Positions 7,780 through 13,187 of a stretch of DNA of 13,187 nt are shown piece after piece. This DNA is from an uncultured Clostridia bacterium. GTDB taxonomy: Bacteria; Bacillota; Clostridia; TANB77; RGIG9151. The position numbers and the translations under genes are program-made. The notes under the pieces are model-generated. The model had not been told where the DNA came from and did no database searches. It saw only the letters and a program-made list of their open reading frames with translations. How positions within the stretch are numbered: position 1 is the first letter of the stretch; each line of letters starts with the position of its first letter. Location of the stretch: the NCBI GenBank assembly GCA_934500865.1, contig CAKSUD010000049.1, positions 1 to 13,187 on the forward strand, written 5' to 3'.

Positions 7780-8838
7780 TTGATTATAGAAAGTATAAAA
7801 CTAAAGAATTTTAGAAGCTATAAAACTAAAGAATTTTTTCTTTCGCCGACAACTAATGTTTTTTTCGGAAATAATGCGCAAGGAAAAACGAATGTTTTAG
7901 AGGCTGTTTATGTTTGTGCTTTAGGGAAATCTTTTAGAAGCAGAAAAGATGCTGAGTTGGTTAAATTCGGTGAAGATTTTGGAATTGTGGATATTTCGTT
8001 TTGTGATAAAATCAGAAAGAAAAATATTAATTTTATAGTTTCTAGTAAGAGTAAGAAACAAATTAAGATTAATGGAATAAAGCAAACAAAAATAAGTGAT
8101 TTACTTGGAAATTTGTTTGTTGTCTTGTTTTCTCCTGAGGATATGACTTTTGCTAAAGGTGAACCGAACGAAAGAAGAAAAAGTTTTGATTTATTGATTA
8201 GTCAGTTAAATCCTGTATACATGCATGTTTTACAAGAGTATTATAAAGTTTTGGAGCAACGAAATTCTTTGTTAAAGAATAAAGAAAGGAATATTGATTA
8301 TTCTGAACTGGATGTTTGGGATGAAAAGTTAGCAGAATTGAATATAAAAATTAAAGAAATAAGAAAAGAATACATCGAAAAAATAAAACCTATTTTTGCA
8401 AAGTATCATAAGGAAATTGCTAATCAGAAAGAAGATATGTTAATAAAATATAGAACTCAAGTTGAAGGTAGCAAAGAAGAAGTGGAAAAAGCTCTGAAAG
8501 ATAGACGTATCCAGGATTTAAGGCGAGGCTTTACTTCTTATGGAATACACAGAGACGACTATATTTTTGAAATAAATGGACTTAGTTTAGGTCTGTTTGG
8601 TTCGCAAGGACAAATAAGGACTGCAATTTTATCTCTCAAGCTTGCCGAAAAAGATTTGTTTTATATAGAAAAAGGTGAAATGCCTATACTTTTACTTGAT
8701 GATGTTATGTCTGAGCTAGATGGATATAGAAGAGAATATTTATATGAAAAATTAAAAAATTGTCAGGTTTTAATAACTTGTACGGATAAGCTAAATGGAA
8801 GCGATATTACATCTTTTGAGATAATAAAAGAAGTTTAA
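7780..8838 (+). CDS. recF: DNA replication and repair protein RecF
   Basis: N-terminal IKLKNFRSY is followed by Walker A (GNNAQGKTNVLEA), the ABC-like signature (LFGSQGQIRTAILSLKLAE) and Walker B (ILLLDDVMSELD). TTG start lies 9 nt after an AGAGGAG SD. Position after dnaN is canonical. Confidence 0.93.
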   Translation: MIIESIKLKNFRSYKTKEFFLSPTTNVFFGNNAQGKTNVLEAVYVCALGKSFRSRKDAELVKFGEDFGIVDISFCDKIRKKNINFIVSSKSKKQIKINGIKQTKISDLLGNLFVVLFSPEDMTFAKGEPNERRKSFDLLISQLNPVYMHVLQEYYKVLEQRNSLLKNKERNIDYSELDVWDEKLAELNIKIKEIRKEYIEKIKPIFAKYHKEIANQKEDMLIKYRTQVEGSKEEVEKALKDRRIQDLRRGFTSYGIHRDDYIFEINGLSLGLFGSQGQIRTAILSLKLAEKDLFYIEKGEMPILLLDDVMSELDGYRREYLYEKLKNCQVLITCTDKLNGSDITSFEIIKEV

Positions 8839-9173
8839 CTAAATAAAATGAAAGCAAGACATAAAAGTAATGTTTTGTTGTCGCTTTCTTCTTCTTTATC
8901 GGTAAAAAGTATGTATATAAGCAGTATTAGAAGTATGTCATCAAAACATATTTTTCTGCCTATTAGCTTTTCAATTGGGTCTAAGAAAGAACGAAGAAAA
9001 GAGCTGTCTAGAAAAGAAGACTGCTCTTTTTTTACGTTTTCTTCCGGTTCATTGCAACAGTTTTCTTGTTTTTTTGAATTGGATTTTGTAGAATTCTTAT
9101 TAGTTTTGTTTTGGATGGTTCTTTTTGAATAAGGAAAAGCAGAATTATTTCTGTATCTGCAAGAGTATGTCAT
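8835..9173 (-). CDS. Hypothetical small protein (112 aa): basic low-complexity N-terminus and two short hydrophobic segments split by an acidic loop; third gene of a three-gene operon
   Basis: A strong SD (TAAGGAGGT) lies 8 nt before the ATG at 9171-9173, and the upstream gene's stop codon sits inside that SD. The K/N/E-rich composition is typical of the coding strand in AT-rich genomes. The opposite-strand ORF is F/L/S-rich, as expected for a shadow ORF. The C-terminus reads DDILLILLIYILFTDKEEESDNKTLLLCLAFILFS. Confidence 0.6.
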   Translation of the reverse strand: MTYSCRYRNNSAFPYSKRTIQNKTNKNSTKSNSKKQENCCNEPEENVKKEQSSFLDSSFLRSFLDPIEKLIGRKICFDDILLILLIYILFTDKEEESDNKTLLLCLAFILFS

Positions 9174-9187
9174 AAGAATATACCTCC

Positions 9188-9442
9188 TTATGTTTTTTCT
9201 TCTTCATTACTATCAAAGAAATGAAGTTCATTTAGTAATTTAAAAGTGTCTGTTAGCATAATTATTTTTTCACATTGTTCTAATTTTTTTTGTCTTTTGG
9301 GGCTTAAGTATGGTTTTAAGGAAGTAAGTAGGTTTGATTCTGCTGAATTGTTAGATGAAGAAGTGTCTGATAAAAGTGAAATTATGTCTGATAGTTCACT
9401 TGCTGAATCATTGGATACATCTGCGTTTGATGTGTTTTCCAT
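9188..9442 (-). CDS. Hypothetical small protein (about 84 aa): Ser/Asp-rich N-terminus and helical C-terminus (LKPYLSPKRQKKLEQCEKIIMLTDTFKLL); second gene of the operon
   Basis: The ORF track starts at a GTG (9452-9454). The ATG at 9440-9442 lies 8 nt after an AGGTGG SD and is preferred. It is 15 nt downstream of the previous gene's stop. Confidence 0.6.
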   Translation of the reverse strand: MENTSNADVSNDSASELSDIISLLSDTSSSNNSAESNLLTSLKPYLSPKRQKKLEQCEKIIMLTDTFKLLNELHFFDSNEEEKT

Positions 9443-9457
9443 AGTGTTCACCACCTG

Positions 9458-9712
9458 TTAAATGTTTTTTAAATCCTTTTCTATTGTACTTGTGTCTATT
9501 TTTGATAAATCTGTTTTTTCTAAAACTTCTTTTAATGTTTCTGTGTCTTTTCCGAGTAAACTTTTTACTTTATTCGATTCGAGTAGTTTTTTTATGTCTT
9601 CTTTATTTGAGTTCTTTATTATACTTTTTGCTTTTTCTAAGTTTTTTGATAAATCCTTTTTTGGAAGTTTGGATAGAACAGCGGAAAGTTTTTTTACCAT
9701 TTTTTCATCCAT
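9458..9712 (-). CDS. Hypothetical small protein (about 84 aa): highly charged K/E/L/S-rich and predicted all-helical; first gene of the operon
   Basis: The ORF track starts at the ATG at 9716-9718, only 2 nt after an AAGGAG SD. The in-frame ATG at 9710-9712 has 8-nt spacing and is preferred. There are no Cys, no TM segment and no recognisable motif. Confidence 0.6.
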   Translation of the reverse strand: MDEKMVKKLSAVLSKLPKKDLSKNLEKAKSIIKNSNKEDIKKLLESNKVKSLLGKDTETLKEVLEKTDLSKIDTSTIEKDLKNI

Positions 9713-9735
9713 AATCATCTCTCCTTTTCGGTTAC

Positions 9736-9765
9736 ATTATATGCTTGAGTCTAAGAAAATGTGAA
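9736..9765 (-). promoter_or_regulatory. Candidate promoter of the three-gene small-protein operon
   Basis: Read on the - strand it gives TTCACA (9765-9760), an 18-nt spacer, then TATAAT (9741-9736), just upstream of the SD. The same bases can also be read as a sigma-E-like element (see findings). Confidence 0.35.
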
Positions 9766-9821
9766 CAAATATTGTAGTTAATGTTAAGTAACAAAATAAC
9801 AAAAACACCATTGTTTTTTTG

Positions 9822-9850
9822 TTGAATATTGAAAATATACGTGATAGAAT
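9822..9850 (+). promoter_or_regulatory. Candidate sigma-A promoter of the hydrogenase operon
   Basis: TTGAAT (9822-9827) is followed by a 17-nt spacer ending in TGa (extended -10) and then TAGAAT (9845-9850). It lies about 45 nt upstream of the hydC ATG. Confidence 0.45.
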
Positions 9851-9893
9851 ATTCCTTGGTGAAGTAAAACAAACAAAATAGGAGGAGTGAAAA

Positions 9894-10385
9894 ATGGCTG
9901 AAAATAAGTGTTGTTGCTGCGAATTAGACGCAGAAAAAGTAAAAGAACTACAAAGAATTATTGAAGAACACAAAGAGCAAGAAGGAGCATTAATTCCTGT
10001 ATTGCACGAAGCACAAGAGCTATTTGGATATTTACCAGAAAAGGTACAACAAATGATAGCAGATGGGTTAGGGCATAGCCTAGCAGAAGTTTATGGTGTT
10101 GCAACTTTCTATTCAAGATTTACACTTGAACCTAAAGGAAGATATAACATTCAAATTTGTTTGGGAACGGCTTGTTATGTAAAAGGTGCTGATAAGGTAT
10201 TGGAAAAAATAGAAAGTGTACTTGGAATAAAAGCCGGTGAAACAACTCCTGATGGAAAGTTTTCTATTCAAGATACTCGTTGCGTAGGCGCTTGTGGCCT
10301 TGCACCTGTTATGGTTATTAATGATGAGGTTTATGGAAAAATGACTCCTGATATGGTTGAGGGAATCTTAGCTAAATATGAATAA
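9894..10385 (+). CDS. NuoE-like [2Fe-2S] thioredoxin-fold subunit of an NAD(P)H-dependent [FeFe]-hydrogenase (HydC/HndA type)
   Basis: Cluster ligand motifs of the NuoE/HndA family are present: CLGTACYVKGA and CVGACGLAPVMVIND. An AGGAGG SD lies 8 nt before the ATG. It is the first gene of a NuoE-NuoF-HydA operon. Confidence 0.9.
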   Translation: MAENKCCCCELDAEKVKELQRIIEEHKEQEGALIPVLHEAQELFGYLPEKVQQMIADGLGHSLAEVYGVATFYSRFTLEPKGRYNIQICLGTACYVKGADKVLEKIESVLGIKAGETTPDGKFSIQDTRCVGACGLAPVMVINDEVYGKMTPDMVEGILAKYE

Positions 10386-10400
10386 GAAAGGAGATACGAG

Positions 10401-12269
10401 ATGAAAACGTTAGAAGAATTAGAGCAAATTCGTAAGAATACTTTTGAACAAATAAAAATGAGAGTTGGAGAGAAGATTGATTCTAATAGAAAAAACATTC
10501 TGGTTTGTGGCGGTACAGGTTGTACATCTTCTAAATCTCCAAAGATTATTGAGGAATTGGAAAGAGAAATAAAGGAAAAACATTTAGAAAATGAAGTTCA
10601 AGTGATAAAAACAGGTTGTTTTGGTTTATGTGCTAAAGGACCTATTATGATTGTTTACCCTGGGGAAACATTCTACACAATGGTTAAACCAGAAGATGTT
10701 CCGGAAATAGTAGAAGAACATATTGTAAACGGAAATGTTGTTGAAAGATTGCTTATAAAGGATACAGAAACTGAACAACTTGCTCACACATTGCACGAAT
10801 TAGGTTTTTATCAAAAACAAAACAGACTTGCACTAAGAAATTGTGGAAGAATAAATCCTGAAAATATTGATGAATATTTGGCTTTTGATGGTTATAAAGC
10901 TTTAGAGAAGGTTTTAACTGAGATGAAACCAGAAGAAGTAATTGATACTATGTTAAGGTCCGGATTAAGAGGCCGTGGTGGTGCCGGTTTCCCAACAGGA
11001 AGGAAATGGGCTTTTGCTGCAGCACAACCGGAAGGTCAAAAATACGTTTGTTGTAATGCTGACGAAGGAGATCCTGGAGCTTTTATGGATAGAAGTGTGT
11101 TAGAAGGTGATCCACATTCAGTATTAGAAGCTATGGCAATTGCTGGTTATGCTATTGGTTCAAATCAAGGATACATCTATGTTAGAGCAGAATATCCTAT
11201 TGCTGTTAACAGACTTAGAATTGCAATTGAACAAGCTAAAGAATATGGTGTTTTAGGTAATAATATTTTTGGAACAAACTTTAGTTTTGATATAGGAATT
11301 AGATTAGGTGCAGGAGCATTTGTCTGCGGTGAAGAAACTGCTCTTATGACTTCTATTGAAGGTAAGAGGGGTGAACCTAGAACAAGACCTCCATTCCCTG
11401 CAATTAAAGGTTTGTTTGGAAAGCCTACAATATTAAATAATGTTGAGACACTGGCTAATATTCCTAAAATTATATTAAAAGGTGCAGAATGGTTCAGTTC
11501 TATCGGTACTGAAAAGAGTACAGGTACAAAGGTATTTGCTGTTGGTGGTAAGATTAATAATACCGGACTTGTTGAGGTTCCTATGGGAATTACACTTAGA
11601 GAGATCGTTTATGATATAGGTGGAGGAATTCCTAATGGCAAGAAGTTTAAAGCTGCCCAAACTGGTGGTCCTTCTGGTGGTTGTATTCCTGCAAGTCATT
11701 TAGATACACCTATTGATTATGATTCTTTAATGGCAATTGGTTCTATGATGGGTTCTGGTGGACTTATTGTTATGGATGAAGATAACTGTATGGTTGATAT
11801 TGCTAAATTCTTCTTAGAATTTACTATTAGTGAATCGTGTGGAAAATGTCCACCTTGCAGAATTGGTACTAGAAGAATGTATGAAATATTAGATAGAATT
11901 ACTAAAGGTCAAGGAGAAGAAGGAGATATTGAAAAGCTAGAGGAACTTGCTAACAATATTAAATGTTCTGCTCTTTGTGGACTTGGACAAACTGCTCCAA
12001 ACCCTGTTTTGAGTACGATTAAATACTTTAGAGATGAATATGAAGCTCATATTAAAGAAAAGAGATGTCCGGCTGGAGCTTGTAAGAAACTTACTAATTA
12101 CGTTATTAATCCGGATAAATGTAAAGGATGTAGCTTATGTGCTAGAAATTGTCCTGTTGGAGCTATTTCTGGTGAGATTAAGAGTCCATTTAAAATTGAT
12201 CCGAACAAGTGTATTAAGTGCGGATTATGTATGAGCAAGTGTAACTTTAAGGCAATAGATAAAAAGTAA
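10401..12269 (+). CDS. NuoF-like flavoprotein subunit of an [FeFe]-hydrogenase (HydB/HndC type): N-terminal Trx-like [2Fe-2S] domain, FMN/NADH site, NuoF [4Fe-4S], and two C-terminal ferredoxin-type [4Fe-4S] motifs
   Basis: Motifs present: GLRGRGGAGFPTGRKW, NADEGDPGAFMDR, ESCGKCPPCR...CGLGQ, CKGCSLCARNCP and CIKCGLCMSKCN. The N-terminal domain reads ILVCGGTGCTSS...GCFGLCAKGP. Confidence 0.93.
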   Translation: MKTLEELEQIRKNTFEQIKMRVGEKIDSNRKNILVCGGTGCTSSKSPKIIEELEREIKEKHLENEVQVIKTGCFGLCAKGPIMIVYPGETFYTMVKPEDVPEIVEEHIVNGNVVERLLIKDTETEQLAHTLHELGFYQKQNRLALRNCGRINPENIDEYLAFDGYKALEKVLTEMKPEEVIDTMLRSGLRGRGGAGFPTGRKWAFAAAQPEGQKYVCCNADEGDPGAFMDRSVLEGDPHSVLEAMAIAGYAIGSNQGYIYVRAEYPIAVNRLRIAIEQAKEYGVLGNNIFGTNFSFDIGIRLGAGAFVCGEETALMTSIEGKRGEPRTRPPFPAIKGLFGKPTILNNVETLANIPKIILKGAEWFSSIGTEKSTGTKVFAVGGKINNTGLVEVPMGITLREIVYDIGGGIPNGKKFKAAQTGGPSGGCIPASHLDTPIDYDSLMAIGSMMGSGGLIVMDEDNCMVDIAKFFLEFTISESCGKCPPCRIGTRRMYEILDRITKGQGEEGDIEKLEELANNIKCSALCGLGQTAPNPVLSTIKYFRDEYEAHIKEKRCPAGACKKLTNYVINPDKCKGCSLCARNCPVGAISGEIKSPFKIDPNKCIKCGLCMSKCNFKAIDKK

Positions 12270-12284
12270 AAAGGGGTGAAAAAA

Positions 12285-13187
12285 ATGGGTAAAGTTAATA
12301 TAACTATTGATGGTGTTAATATACAGGTTGAAGATAATATGACAGTTTTGGAAGCTGCAAGACTTGCAGGAATTGAGATTCCTACACTTTGCTATTTAAA
12401 AGATACAAATAAAATAGGTGCGTGTAGAATATGTCTTGTAGAGGTTCAAGGTGCTAGAGGACTTCAAGCATCTTGTTCTTATCCGGTTTCTGAGGGATTG
12501 GTTGTTAGAACTAATACAAAAACAGTTTTGGATGCTAGAAAGGCTACTTTGGAACTTATACTTTCAGATCACAAAAAGAATTGTTTGAGCTGTTCAAGAA
12601 ATACTGATTGCGAACTTCAAGCATTGGCAGAAAAAATGCAAATCGGAGATGTTATATATCAAGGAAACGCAGATGCATCCAGCGATATAGATGATCTATC
12701 AACATCTATTGTAAGAGATAATTCAAAGTGTATTTTATGTAGAAGATGTGTTGCTGTATGTAAAAATATCCAAACAGTAGGAGCAATTGATGTTGCTTAT
12801 CGTGGAATGAATTCGAAAGTAACTCCTGCTTTTAACAAGTCGTTAAGAGACAGTACTTGTGTAAATTGTGGGCAATGTGTTGCTGTATGTCCTGTTGGAG
12901 CTTTAACTATTAAATATGATATAGATAGAGTTTGGGATGCTCTTCACAATCCTGATATGCATGTTGTTGTTCAAACTGCACCGGCGGTTCGTGCAGCACT
13001 AGGTGAAGAATTTAACATGCCAATTGGTGAGGCTGTTACCGGTAAGATGGCAGCTGCATTAAGAAGATTAGGTTTTGATAGAGTATTAGATACTAATACA
13101 GGTGCTGATTTTACTATTATGGAAGAGGGAACAGAGTTTATAGACAGACTTACTAAAAATGAGAATTTACCTCTTATTACTTCTTGT
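12285..13187 (+). CDS. hydA: [FeFe]-hydrogenase catalytic subunit HydA, N-terminal 301 codons (truncated by the window end)
   Basis: This ORF is not in the ORF track because it has no stop in the window. ATG at 12285 lies 5 nt after an AAGGGGTGA SD. My own translation begins MGKVNITIDGVNIQVEDNMTVLEAARLAGIEIPTLCY. It shows a plant-type [2Fe-2S] domain and the His-ligated cluster motif DHKKNCLSCSRNTDCELQ. It also has two ferredoxin motifs (CILCRRCVAVC, CVNCGQCVAVCP). It ends at LPLITSC, the start of the H-cluster TSCCP motif. Confidence 0.93.
   Translation, partial: MGKVNITIDGVNIQVEDNMTVLEAARLAGIEIPTLCYLKDTNKIGACRICLVEVQGARGLQASCSYPVSEGLVVRTNTKTVLDARKATLELILSDHKKNCLSCSRNTDCELQALAEKMQIGDVIYQGNADASSDIDDLSTSIVRDNSKCILCRRCVAVCKNIQTVGAIDVAYRGMNSKVTPAFNKSLRDSTCVNCGQCVAVCPVGALTIKYDIDRVWDALHNPDMHVVVQTAPAVRAALGEEFNMPIGEAVTGKMAAALRRLGFDRVLDTNTGADFTIMEEGTEFIDRLTKNENLPLITSC

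Noticed and set aside
8848-9132. A 94-aa + strand ORF between recF and the hydrogenase operon
   Set aside because: It lies fully antisense to the 112-aa - strand gene. Its F/L/S-rich composition is typical of the non-coding strand of an AT-rich gene. It has no convincing SD, whereas the - strand gene has TAAGGAGGT.
8835-9718. The three small genes as a toxin-antitoxin, anti-sigma or phage-derived module
   Set aside because: I see no recognisable toxin fold motifs, HTH/RHH antitoxin signature, integrase, repeats or att-like flanks. The compositions are low-complexity and structural-looking. They stay listed as unknown rather than assigned.
9462-9764. + strand ORFs of 100 aa (9462-9764), 76 aa (9484-9714) and 71 aa (9246-9461)
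   Set aside because: These are Phe/Leu/Ser-rich shadow ORFs antisense to the first two small - strand genes. They have no RBS, and their codon composition is inconsistent with the other + strand genes.
9737-9973. A 78-aa - strand ORF spanning the divergent promoter region and the start of hydC
   Set aside because: It overlaps the well-supported NuoE-like CDS and the intergenic promoter region. It has a hydrophobic low-complexity translation and no SD.
1-13187. Search by eye for CRISPR repeats, tRNA/rRNA genes, IS elements, long direct or inverted repeats, and riboswitch-like leaders
   Set aside because: I found no regularly spaced repeats, no transposase/integrase/recombinase ORFs and no tRNA-like or rRNA-like segments. 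Leaders are too short (about 45 nt or less) for riboswitches. The only repeated motifs are DnaA boxes and the terminator stem.

Overview
Visibly AT-rich (about 30% G+C by eye) Firmicutes/Clostridia-type chromosomal replication-origin region. The core is dnaA-dnaN-recF on the + strand. DnaA-box clusters sit on both sides of dnaA, giving a bipartite oriC. The dnaA-dnaN spacer also carries a candidate DnaA-trio array and a pure A/T unwinding tract. Left of the origin, on the - strand, lie pcrA, a YigZ/IMPACT-family gene and spo0A, so the organism is a spore-former or descends from one. Further left are a Cys-rich hypothetical gene and the 3' end of a membrane-anchored protein on the + strand. Right of recF is a tightly coupled operon of three small uncharacterised proteins on the - strand. 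It diverges from a hydC-hydB-hydA operon encoding a NuoE-like, NuoF-like and [FeFe]-hydrogenase catalytic subunit (electron-bifurcating type), with hydA truncated by the window end. I found no rRNA, tRNA, CRISPR array, transposase or integrase. The least explained element is the three-gene small-protein operon at 8835-9718. The origin neighbourhood is also non-canonical: no rpmH/rnpA, no S4-domain yaaA, no gyrB/gyrA. The Spo0A receiver domain has an Asp-to-Asn change in its acidic pocket. I see no clear evidence of a defence or mobile system in this window.
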